Of a stretch of DNA of 64,000 nt, positions 23,701-35,599 are shown one piece after another; within the stretch, counting starts at the first letter, position 1; each line of letters starts with the position of its first letter. The DNA is from Narcine bancroftii (taxonomy: Eukaryota): assembly GCF_036971445.1 (NCBI RefSeq), contig NC_091471.1, positions 331,018,001-331,082,000 of the forward strand, written 5' to 3'. Both the position numbers and the translations under genes were made by a program. Under the pieces are notes generated by a model, which saw nothing but the letters and a program-made list of their open reading frames with translations, ran no database searches and had not been told where the DNA came from.

Positions 23701-24127
23701 ATGGGTCATCTTCCCTGCTTGCCCTTCTCAGAGAGGGGTGTGGTCTCCCCGTTTTCTGGTGCCCCGCTTCCCCGGAGTCTGCAGCCCCTTGAGGCTGCTG
23801 CCGATCACAGGCGCCGCCGCCTTGGGCCTAGATCCTTCGGGATTTAAAATAAAATCACCATCGGCTTCTGAAACGGGCTATCCACAGCAGGCAGCAGTTG
23901 GACAGGGCGATTTGACCCTGCGGTGTCTCTGCTCCCCACTCTCCCGGGGTCCACACTGCAGTTACAGCAGTGCTCCCTGATCGGGTCAGATATGTGTATC
24001 TGGAGCTCGGGCTGCCATTGGTTTGGACCAGACTCTGCATGGCTGTGGTTGCGGGGGCGCTGGAGGCAAATCCACGGACACACGGGGTCTCTGGTGGGGA
24101 GGGAACTCTCTTCTGTTTCTCGCTCTC

Positions 24128-24397
24128 TGTTGTGATTCTCCTCCTTTATAATCGCTGAGATTGTTTATGTCAAGAAAAAGCTCGTATTAAAATTGAGTTG
24201 AGTTTTCCACGGTTTATTAAACCTGATATCAGTTAGTATATTATTACAACTTTGTTATACGGTGCTAACCTATAAAATAGTCAATAAAAGTTTCAGTCCA
24301 ATTCAAGTCCTTCCATCTTCTCAAAACAAACATGCAGAGAGCCAGCTATAACCGTGAAGCTGGCTGTTACTAGGAGGCAATATGAAATGTTTCAACA
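24128..24397 (-). mobile_element. Possible solo LTR
   Basis: TGTTG...CAACA inverted termini; AT-rich interior with polyA-like (tttatt) and TATA-like motifs; TSD imperfect (tctc/tcta). Confidence 0.4.
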
Positions 24398-25299
24398 TCT
24401 ACTAGCTGTTTGCAGCTTACAGTTCATGCTACCCCTTTACTCTGGGTGTAAGGGGTGCTGGGCGATTTCACTGATGGTGAAGCTGCCTGCCTCACGGTAG
24501 GCAAAAGGACATTTCTTTTAGGGGAGGCATCGGGTAATTTGTTTTTACACCGAAAGTGCCTGGAATGCCTTGCTGGGATGGTGGTGGAGGGTGGAACGTT
24601 TAAGAGACTCTTAGACAGGCGCTTGGATGGAAGAAAGATTGTGGGTGTGAGGTGGGGAAGGATGAGAATTTGTGGGTCGGCACAACATCGTGGGCCGAAA
24701 GGTGGAGTTCTCAGTTCTCACCAACTTCGGCTAATGTCATGGGCTGTTTAAAACCTGCAAGGTGCCGACGGCAGATAGACCCTGCAGGGCAGCACCATGT
24801 CTCTGCTCCCCGCTCAGAAGAAGTTACTTTAATGCAGGTGCTGCTACTGGTGCAGACCCAGGGAGAGCAGGGAGCAGAGACACAGCACTGCCCCGCAGGA
24901 TCCAACCGCCCAGTCTTCTCCATACAGGCTTTATACGGTCCGTTAATGGGTCTGACGGTGGTTTATTTTAAAACCCCGTGACCATGGGGTTTGGGGCCAA
25001 GATGGCGGCACCTGTGATCAGCGGACTAATGTGGTGGGGGGGGGGGGAAGGACAGCCCCTTAGGGAGGTAATGGAGAAAGGGGTGGAGGGAGGGGGAGGA
25101 GATGGCTTGTTAATCTCTCTCTTTCTCTTTCCCTGCGCAGAATCACCTCCAAGGAGAAGGGATCGTGAGGCTCCGACACGGGAATCGGTGGGACTCTGGA
25201 CCCTGGAGGCAACTAGTGTGCCCTGGGGTTCCTCCTCCACACCTCCCTGTCTCAGGGTTCAGCCATCACTCTTTACAACTCGCTGTGCTTTTAAAGTAG

Positions 25300-26470
25300 A
25301 GCACGACAGGACAGGCCCTTCAGCCTGCAATGTTGTCCTTTTAAAAACGACTAACCCTCCCTACCCTGTAACCCTCTATTTTTCTTCCATCCGTGTCTAA
25401 GAGTCTCTTTAAATGCCCCCAGTGTTTCAGCCTCCTCCATCACCCCTGGTGAGGCATTCCAGGCCCCCACAACTCCTAAACATACCCCTAAACTCCCCTC
25501 CCTTCACTTTGTACCGACATCCTCTGATGTTTGCTATTCCTGCTCGGAGAAACAGGCACTGGCTGTCCACCTTATCTATGCCTCTCAGAATCTTGTAGAT
25601 TAAGTTTCCTCTCATCCTTCTTTGCTCCAGAGCTTCCTCATCCTTCCTGTAATGAGATGACCACATGTACTCCAAGTGGGGTCTCACTAGATATTTGTAG
25701 AGCTGCAACATGACTCTCTGCTCCTGAACTCAATGCCCTGACTAATGAAACCCACCATCCCATAGGCCTCCTTAACTATCCTGTCAACCTGTGTGGTGAC
25801 CTTGAGGGATCACAAGATCCTGGAGCAAAATTTGGAGCAGAATTCAGCCCATCAAGTCTGCCCCACCACTCTAATCATAAGCTGATCCATCCTCCCACTC
25901 AGCTCCATTCCCCGGCCTTCTCCCTGTAACCCTTGATGCCCTGACTGATCAAATACCCAACTGATCAAATTCACCCAACAACCTTGCTTCCACTGTCGCC
26001 CGGGGCAACAAGTTCACAGACTCACCACCCTCTGGCTGAAGAAATTTTTACACATCTCTTAAATTGATGCCCTTTTACCCTGAAGTTGTGGCCTCTTGTC
26101 CCAGACACCCCTACCATGGGAAACATCCTTACCACATCTACTCTGTCCAGGCCTTTCAACATTCGAAATGCCTTGATGAGGTCCCCCTCATCCTTCTGTC
26201 CTCCCAACGAGTACTGTCCAAGAGCCAATAAATGTTCCTCATTTGCTAACCCTTTCATTCCTGCTATCATTCTGGTAAATCTCTGAACTGTCTCCAATGT
26301 CACCATGTCTCTTCTCAAATACGGTGCCCAGAACTGTACACAGTTCTCCACGTGAGGTCTCACCAGTGCTATACAGAGTCTCAACATCGCATCCCTGCTC
26401 TTGCACGCTGTCCCTCTGGAAAACAACGCCAATGTTGCATTCGCCTTCACCGCCACCGACACAACTTGGA
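25300..26470 (-). mobile_element. CR1 LINE 3' fragments
   Basis: LYKYLVRPHLEY; LVRPHVENCVQFWAPY..FTRMIAGMKGL. Confidence 0.8.
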
Positions 26471-26822
26471 GGTCCAGCAGAGACCAAACGCTGATCGGAA
26501 GAACCACATGTGATAAACTTCAGACGTTTGAGAGCCAGAAGTCATGAACAAATATAACATAATGTTTTTACTCTTTGTGCACATTCTGTTACAGAATGTT
26601 TCTATAAATATTAAACACTGCATGTAAGTGATAATATTTATTCCTGTGTGTAGTTTTAAAACTGCTCCTTTCTGGTAGTTTCAATGCCACAAAACACCGG
26701 ACTCATTCAAGGCAATAAATCCCAACCCTGACTCTGACCCCAACCCCAACCCTGATCCTGATCCTGATCCTGACTCCGAACCTGACCCTGACTGATCCTG
26801 ATTCTGACCCTAACTCTGATCC

Positions 26823-29257
26823 TTTTTTAAATATTTTTTTATTTTTCACACTATGAACCATATCAACCAAAATATGTACAAATGTTTCTCATTAAATTTA
26901 CACAGTGGTCTTTTCTCCCCTTTTTTTCCCCTTTCCCTCCCTCCCCTATATCCACCTCCCTCCAAAACCCATAAATATTCAACATATAGAATATCATAAA
27001 ACAATATCTTCACACAAAAGAAAATAAACAAGAAAAATGCGTCATCTATTTATTCCACACTGAATCTAGTCGTTTTGTCTTATCATTTTCATTCTCATTT
27101 TAGGGGATGGAGGTCCATCTCTCTCTGATATGTTCCATGTATGGTTCCCAAATTTGTTCAAACAATATGACTTTATTTTTTAAATTATATGTTATTTTTT
27201 CCACTGGAATACATTTATTCATTTCCATGTACCATTGCTGTATTCTCAGGCTCTCTTCCATTTTCCAAGTTGACATTATACATTTTTTGCTATCGCTAAG
27301 GCTATCTAATGAATTTTTTTGTGCTTTATCCAATTTCTTTACTTCTTATGTAACTTAAAAGAAATATCTCTGGATTTTTTGATATGTTATTTTTTGTAAT
27401 TTTATTTAATATCTGATTTAGTTCTTCCCAAAACGTATTTATTTTCATACATGCCCAAGTTGCATGTAATGTTGTTCCCATTTCCTTCTTACAGCGAAAA
27501 CATCTATCCGATAATGTGTTTGTTGTATTCTTCATAGTTCCAGAACATAACTTTTCCCAAACTTCATTTTTTATCTTTATGTTTAAATCCTTTTCCCACT
27601 TCTGTCTAGGTTTATAGTTTATTTCATTGTTTTCCTTATCTTGCAGCTTAATGTAAATATTCGTTATAAATCTTTTAATTAATCATTGTGTCTGTAATTT
27701 CAAAGTTGCTTCCTTCAGGTAATCTCAGTCTGTTTCCCAATTTATCCTTTAAATAAGCTTTCAGTTGATGATATGCAAACATTGTACCTTGAGTTATTCC
27801 ATATTTGACCTTCAACTATTCAAATGTTAATAAATTATTTCCCAAAAAAAACAATTTTCTATTATTTTGATTCCTTTTCTCTCCCATTCTCTAAAGGAAA
27901 GGTTATCTATTGTAAAAGGGATTAGTGGATTTTGCTTCAATAATAATTTTGGTATTTGGTCATTCGTTTTATTTTCTTTTTAAGTGGATCAAATGATGCA
28001 GTACTGATGAGCTTTTATATTGCCCCAGCTTTTCATCCCACTTATAAACTATATGTTCCAGTACCTTCTCCCCTATTTTATCTAGTTCTATCTTAGTCCA
28101 GTCTGGTTTTTCCCTTGTCTGGTAAAAATCTGATAAATACCTTAAATGTGCGGCTCTAATAATTTCTAGAGTTTGGTAACTGCAAACCACCTTGGTTATA
28201 CCTCTCTGTTAATTTATCTAACGCTACCCTCGGTTTCCTCCCTTTCCACAAGAATTTCCTTATGCGTCTGCAATCTTCAAAAAAATATCCTGCATAAACT
28301 TTTGATTCTCCTCATTAGGCACATATATATTGAGCAAATTCCAAAATTCTGAGTATATCTGACACTTTATCATTACATACCTCCCTGTTGGATCTATTAT
28401 TTCCTCCTCTATTTTGATTGGTACATTTTTGTTGACTAGTATAGCTACACCTCAAGCTTTTGAATTATTGGATGCTGCCGCTACGTGTTCTACCCAGTCT
28501 CTCTTTAGTTTGTTATGTTCCACTTCAATTTTGGAATTTGCTCAATATATATGCACATAACAAGGAGGATCAAAAGTTTATGCAGGATATTTTTTTGAAG
28601 ATTGTAGACACACAAGGAAATACATTGATAGGAGGGGATTTTAACCTTAATTTGGACCTAATTTTGGATAAAACTGGACAAAAGACAAGCAAAAAGAATA
28701 AAGTAGCCAAATTTATGGTTAAATCAATGCAGGAAATGAAACATAGATATATGGAGGAGGCAACACCCAAGAGAGAAGGAATATTCATATTATTCGAGTA
28801 GGCACAAAACATACTCAAGGATTGATATGTTTTTGTTGTCAGCCTATATTCAAGGGAGAGTTAGGAAAACTGAGTATAAAGCTAGACTACTATCTGATCA
28901 TTCACCCCTGTTATTAGCAATAGAACTGGAGGACATCCCACCAAGAAGCATTTCCTGCACAAATGCTATATCTATTTTTTCTTTCAATAAATTTAATAGC
29001 CTCTTCCTTTTAATTTGGTTATGTATTCCATTAATGTTTAGTCATAGAGTTCAACATGGCCATCTTGTATCTTGCATACACCTCTGTCCACTTCTTTGCC
29101 ACCTCCATCCCCCTTTTCCCCATTTTCATCTCTTAGTTCCCTTACTAAACTCAATGTCTGACAACACATTTAAAACACAAAATACCCCAACAGTTCCCAC
29201 ACCCAATAGTACCTTAACCCCAAATGGTCCCCCACCTCTGAGTTGCCCACCCTTACT
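26823..29257 (-). mobile_element. Rearranged L1 (same family): minus-strand 3' end, large ORF2 deletion, inverted APE segment at ~28525-28948
   Basis: T-rich tail at the left; reverse-complement ORF2 C-terminus (DRCFRCKKEMGTTLHATW); plus-strand GGDFN/SDHSP block between minus-strand pieces; flanked by (CCTGAY)n repeat. Confidence 0.85.
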
Positions 29258-30404
29258 CTGACTGATCCTGACCCTGATCCTGACTCTAACTGATCCGACT
29301 TTGATTCTGATCCTGATCCTGACTCTGATCCTGATTCTGACCCCGACCCTGACTGATCCTGACTCTGACTTTGATCCTGATCTGTTGTCAGGTCTGTACC
29401 AATTAGCTGTCAGGTGTTGACATGTAGGGATCGCTCGATGCTTTGACTTCACCAACTTCATTACAAAGCTCGGATAGGAGGGCGATCAGGGTGACGGGAA
29501 CTCAGACCTCAGAGGGGAGGGTGGTCAGGTGACAGGAGCTCAGATAGAAGGCAGTCGGGATGATGGGCGCTCCGGAAGAAGGGTGGCCTGGATCACACTT
29601 ACACTTCAATTCCATCGCCCACAACACAGCCACGCATGCCACAATCACGCGATCACAGGCCTCACCCACCTCACTCTGTCTCAGCCACACATTAGATGTC
29701 AAAAAGCCGTGTGTGGCTCAGCAGCCGCAATTTGGCCATCCTGCTTTAGGATGTCCTGCACAAGGACACCCAAGTCCCTTTGCACCTCAGGTTCGAATTT
29801 TTTTCCCCATCTAAATGACATGCATGTGCACCCTGTCTGTGTTTTTTCACACCGTCCCAGCAACGTGGAGACTCTGCTCTCTCTCTTGGACCCCCTCTCC
29901 ACACCATGGCACAACTTTCAGGATTGGAGAGATACAGAGAATTTCTTCAGCCAGAGGCAGTGAATCTGTGGAACTTTTTGGCACAGGTGGTTGTGGAGGC
30001 TGGGACAATGGGTGTATCTAAGGCAGAGAATGACGGATTCCTGATTAGCCAGGGCATCAATGGTTATGGGGAGAAGGCCAGGCAATGGGGCCGAATGGGA
30101 GAATGGATCAGCTCATGATTGAATGGTACAGTAGATTCGATGGGCTGAATGGCCTATTTCTGCTCCTGTGTCTTATCCTCTAATTGCGTATTCCTGCTTG
30201 GGCAATGTGTAAGGAATGAAATGCTGACTGAAAGACTGAGGAGAGGGGGAGGAGGTGGGGTCAAGAGTTGGCTCCGCAGTGTGAATGCCTGCACACGAAC
30301 AAAGAGGGGTTCTGTTTCCGCTGCCACGGCTGGGAGTATGTCAGAGACGAGGTTTGGCAGGGTCACTCCCAGCAGAGCCAGAAGGAAAACGCCGAGGGAG
30401 GAGC

Positions 30405-31330
30405 AGTGAGGGAGCTCCACACTGTGGGAACGGTGGTGAGGGAGCTCCATGCCTTGGGATGGGTAGTGAGGAGGGAGCTCCACTCCATGGGAGGGGTGGT
30501 GAAGGAGATCCTTGCTGTGGGGGAGGGGCAGTGAGGAGGGAGCTCTGCCTTCAGTGATATCACATGGCTGTGGTGACATCATTCCCCTCTGCAATGGCAT
30601 CACACACCCCGGTGATGTCACATGTAATGTAACAGAGGTCCAGAGTCTCTGTGCCTACACATTCTGCCCAGGACACTGTCCACACAGGACGCTTGTGATT
30701 GGTTAGTGCTCTCCATCCCTCGGCATGGGCTCCGGACAGTCCCCGGGACAGGGGTCCCGGCCCAGTGGCCTCCATCTCAGTCTGCTGAGCGACAAGCAAG
30801 GTGGTAACCACGGGATCCGGCCACGGGAGGGATGGTGAGGGAGCTCCACACCATGGGAGGAGTGGTGATGGAAATCCACACCATGGGAGGGGTGGTGAGG
30901 GAGCTCTGCACTGTGGGAGGGGTAGTGAGGGAGCTCAACACTATGGGAGGGGTGGTGAGGGAGCTCTGGACTGTGGGAAGGGTTAGTGAGGGAGCTACAG
31001 ACTGTGGGAGGGGTGGTGAGGGAGCTACAGACTGTGGGAGGGGTGGTGAGGGAGCTACAGACTGTGGGAGGGGTGGTGAGGGAGCTCTGCACCATGGAAG
31101 GGGCAGTGAGGGAGCTACAGACTGTGGGAGTGGTGGTGAGGAGGATGCACACCATGGGTGGGGCGGTGACGGAGCTCTGCACCATGGAAGGGGCGGTGAG
31201 GGAGCTACAGGCTGTGGGAGGGGTGGTGAGGAAGATGCATACCATGGGTGGGGGGGGGGGTGAGCGAGCTCTGTGCCGTGGAGAGGCGGTGAGGGAACCT
31301 CGCCATGGGAGGAGCGGTGACGGAGCTCCC
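30405..31330. repeat. 30-bp minisatellite GGGAGCTACAGACTGTGGGAGGGGTGGTGA, interrupted at ~30550-30825 by unique sequence
   Basis: Tandem units; the 10-codon period yields spurious ORFs. Confidence 0.9.
30725..30800 (+). CDS. Putative exon 1 of an uncharacterised gene, MGSGQSPGQGSRPSGLHLSLLSDKQ(G)
   Basis: Kozak-like ggcATGG with an in-frame upstream TAG (30704); MGxxxS myristoylation pattern; phase-1 donors after 30800 (AAG|GTGGTA) or 30803 (GTG|GTAACC) both fit the acceptor at 33126. Confidence 0.5.
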
Positions 31331-31744
31331 TCTGTTGGACAGTAGTCTCCATCCCCTCGGTGTATGATTCCATCACCTAGAATCACCTCCATTCCCTCAG
31401 TGGTACTCCTGTACAGCAGAACCACATGGTCCCAACCGTCATTCTCTGCATCGCCCACCACCCACCCCTGGGGAATCTCTTAACCCTCACTGCCAACACA
31501 CCTCCTGGCCACTGTTGACTTTCCTGGCCACCATGGACTTTACTGCCCTCCCAGACACAGTGGACATTCCCAGCCACCGTGAATGTTCCTGGCCATTGTG
31601 GACATTATTGCCCGCCTGGTGGTCTGGGCTCACTGCCCCTTCCCAGCTGCCCGTCCGTGGGGAACCACACTCCACCTCTGTGGTCAGGTGCACAGAGAGA
31701 TAACCACCACTTGGTGTCACACAGCAGATTCACCCAACTCGCTG

Positions 31745-33030
31745 AGCAGAGAAGATTCACCAGGATGTGGCTGGGACTTCAGGAATTGAGTTCTGGGTCT
31801 CCTGATGAGGAAGGATGGACTGACATCAGAGGTGGGGCAGAGGAGGTTCATCAGGTTGATTCCAGGGAAGAGGGGGTTGGTCTATGAGGAGAGATTGAGG
31901 CATCTGGGACTGCACTCGCTGGAATTTAGAAGAATGAGGGGATCTGATAGAAACGTATAAAATGATGAAAGTCATGGATCAGATAGAGGTGGATAAGTTG
32001 TTCCCAGTGGTGGAGGAGACCAAAATGAGGGGACATCCCCTCAAGATCCAGGGGAGTAGATTTAGGACGGAAATACAGAACAACACAGCCCAGGAAAGGG
32101 ATGTACCAACCCATATATTCCTTAAAAAAAAACTATACCCTCCCTGCCCCTTAACCCTCTATTTTTCTCCCATCCATGTCTAAGAGTCTCTTAAATGCCC
32201 TCAATGTTCCAGCCTCCACCACCACACCTGGCGAGGCATTCCAGGCCCCCACAACTCGTGTGTAAAAAACTTAGCTCAAAACTTCCCTCCCTTCACTTTG
32301 TACAGACATCCTCTGGTGTTTGCTGATCCCACCCTGGGAAATAGGTGCTGGCCATCCACCCTATCTCTGCCTCTCAGAATCTTGTCGACCTCTATTAAGT
32401 CTCCTCTTATCCTTCGACAGTCCAGAGAGAAAATTTCCTGCTCTGCTAACCTTGCCTCATGAGACTTGTTTCCGAATCCAGGCAACATCCTGGTCAATCT
32501 CCTCTGCCCTCTCTCCAGAGCTTCCACATCCTTCCTGTAATGAGGTGACCAGAACTGAACACAATCCTCCAAGTGAGGTCTCATCAGAGATTTGTAGAAC
32601 TGCAACGTCACCTCTCGACTCTTGAACTCAATCCCCCAACTAATGAAGTCCAGCGTCCCATAGGCCTTCTTAACTATCCTATCAACCTGCGCAGCGACCT
32701 TGAGGGATGTATGGACTTGAACCCCAAGGCCCCTCTGTTCATCCTCACAGTTAAGTAACTGACTATTAATCCTGTTCTCAGCCTTCTGGTTTGTCCTCCC
32801 AAAATGCATCACCTCACACTGATCCGGATGGAACTCCATCTCCCAACTCTGCATACTGTCCATATCCTGTTGTTAACTATGACAAGTTTCAACTCCTCCA
32901 CCCTTCGTGTCATCTGCAAACTTACTGACTCAATCTTCCGCCTCTTCATCCAGGTCATTTATAAAAATCACAAGGAGCAGGGGGGAGTCCCAGAATAGAT
33001 CCTTGCGACACTTCACTAGTCACTAAGCCG
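31745..33030. mobile_element. CR1 LINE fragments in the intron of the uncharacterised gene
   Basis: ORF 32276-32863 (-): W.MEFHPDQCEVMHFG, FYKSLMRPHLEDCVQFWSPHYRKD. Confidence 0.85.
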
Positions 33031-33125
33031 CAAGTTTTGTCAGTGGGAGTAGGCCACAGGCTTGGTCAGCAGGGCTAGGCCATGGGCTTTGACTAACTGT
33101 AACGCCTCACCCTCCCTTCCCCCAG

Positions 33126-34636
33126 GTCTGTGGGTGGCAGCAGCTGCCAGCTCCCAGGAGCAGGCCACAAGTGAGGTCCCGACCCCGGCGATGGGGCAGG
33201 CGGATTTTCCCGCCGTACTGGTGACCAGGCTGCACCCCCACCACCCATCGCCCAGGGCAGGCGACCCACAGCAGGCTCCCACAGCAACATCCGCCATCAC
33301 TCTGCAGACAGGCCAGCGCTGCAAAGCCACTGGGGCAAGGGAGATCCACGTGACCTTTGCCCCAGGCTCATCTGAGCGTCACGGGCTGGATAAAGAAGCT
33401 GAGCGACCATTAGGGCCTGGCCCGATGACCCTGAGGCCGCGCATCTCATGCCTGAGGAAGGCTGTGGAGGGCAGCCAGGTCCCCTTCACCTCCTGGGGCC
33501 AGGCCGTACCTCGGGGTCCAACAGATCACTCATCTCGTCGCCCTGGCTCCAGGGACACCTCAGCACCTTTCAGCAAACACTGGATCCTGGCTAACTCCAA
33601 CCAGGCCCAGGATCCTGGTCCACACCCTCTGGCTTGCCCTTGCTCAGCAGCGGCCTATCACAAGGACCTCTCCAATGGCCACTCCCCTGATGTTACGCTG
33701 GTCTGCCTCATCGATGGGCACAGGGATTTGCTGGCAGACACCCAAGATGGCAGCATCAGTGACCTCACGGTGGACATCCAAGATGGTGGCATCAGTGACC
33801 TCACAGTTGACACACAAGATGGTGGCATCAGTGACCTGATAGATTCCCAAGCTGATGGCATCAGTGATCTAGTGAATGACCAAGGTGGTGGCTCCAGTGA
33901 CACCATGGCTGAAGACCAGGATGGTGACTGCAGCAACCTTCTGGTGGACAGCCAGGATGCCACCTTTAGTGAACCGATGGCGGGCTCCCTGGATAATGAG
34001 TGCAGAGATGGCAGCTATCTGGTAGACATTCAAGATGGCAGCATCTTAGATACTCAAGATGGCAGGTTCCAGGACACTCAAAATGGCAGCATCTTAGACA
34101 CTGAAGATGGCAGATTCTTGAACACTCAAGTTGACAGCTGCCTGGTGGACATTCAAGAAGGCAGCTTCCAGGAGACTCAAGATGGCAGCATCTTTGACAC
34201 TCAAGATGGCAGCTTCCTGGTGGACATTCAAGATGGTGGCTTCCTGGACATTCAAGATGGTGGCTTGAGACAGGGATTAACTGACATCCAAGGCCCAAAG
34301 GAGGAGATGTGGGGACGGCTGGACTTTGACAAGCCCGGCAACACCTCCAAGCTGCTCAGTGTCGCAGAGGCCATCACGGGGCGAAGCGACCAGCCTTCAA
34401 CCCAGAAGGGGATGGGGGTGGAGCTTGACCTGGGCTCAGCCCCAGCATTGGGGCCCAGGGCTCGGACAGATGACCTGCAGGATGCCTACACTGAGATGCA
34501 CCAGGACATGTTCTACAAGGCCTTCCTGTTCTACAGGTTCATGAGACTTGGAGATCCTCTCTGCAGAGCCAGAAGGCAGCATCAGCAGAGACAGCACCCT
34601 GAGGTGCTGGGCTCACCCAGGGGTGCAGCACCGTAG
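33126..34636 (+). CDS. Terminal exon of an uncharacterised, largely disordered protein with acidic DxQDG repeats
   Basis: 1.5 kb stop-free frame in non-TE sequence; branch point GACTAAC (33091) plus polypyrimidine tract plus CAG; repeat length changes preserve frame; AATAAA about 42 nt after the stop (34678). Confidence 0.75.
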
Positions 34637-35599
34637 CGACCAGCTCTGTGGCAGGCCATTTGTTTCCTGACTGTACCAATAAAGTATTTTTGTTACTGCT
34701 TCCATTCCTCTCCTGGTGTCACACACCTGCTGTTGCCACCCTAGTTGGCCTTTCCCCAACTCCATGGAGTCTGGAGGCCCAGGGAGGGGGGCTTCACAGC
34801 CTGAGTCTCCTCAACCACATGTCCCCTTCGATCTCCTGCCCAGGAATGTCCTCTCCAAGTCCCCAACTGCAACCATGTTCACCTTCCATTCCCCTCCCCT
34901 TCTATCTCTCTCTCACATTCTCTCTCCCCCCTCCCTCCTTCACCTGATCTCCTGCCCTCCTTCCCTCAATCACTGCCACCCAGGAGGTTCCTCCAACCCT
35001 CACCAATCCTTCCTTGGGTGCCCCCCGAACCCAGTCCTCACTTCCTCCCTGACCATCCATCTTCCCCATCTCATCACCTTGCCTCAAACCACTTCTCCGT
35101 AAAACACAGGAGCAGAAATAGGCCATTCAGCCCATTGAGTCTGCCCCATTTCCCACTCAGCCCCACTGCCTGGCTTTCTCTCCACAACCTTTGATGCCCT
35201 GACTAATCAAGAATCCATCAATCTCTTCCTGAAACGAACACCAGCATCGTGTTTACCTTCTCAACCTGCAAGTTTACCCGTGTCATTGCCAAATCAGAGC
35301 CCAATCCTGACCCTTGACCTGGCTCGTGACCTGGACTCACTGTGACTTCTGACCTTGACCTGGCTCGGGTCCCGAGTGTAACCCAGACCATGACCCCGAC
35401 CGTGACTCCTGTCCACGACCAGACTGTGACCTTGACCTCCGAGGGTGACCCTTGGGCTCAGACCGCAGTGGATCCCTGACTGTAGAAGTGAATGAGCCCC
35501 CTACTCCAACACCAACAGTCAGCAACAATCACGTCCCAGACGCTGACCCATCACGGCAAATCGTGTCCCAGACACAACCCAGCACGGCCTATCACGTCC

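Noticed and set aside
30703-31461. ORFs with a 10-aa repeat (VRELQTVGGV / SSLTTPPTVC)
   Set aside because: A 30-bp minisatellite open in several frames, with single-base indels between units; no consistent frame.
31500-31690. Possible middle exon of the novel gene (donor TCAG|GTGCAC at ~31686)
   Set aside because: Short degenerate repeats with stops or frameshifts, and no convincing phase-1 acceptor; cannot be supported.
33062-33125. TTG start given in the ORF track for the 524-aa ORF
   Set aside because: Non-ATG start that lies over a branch point and polypyrimidine tract; better explained as an intron end.
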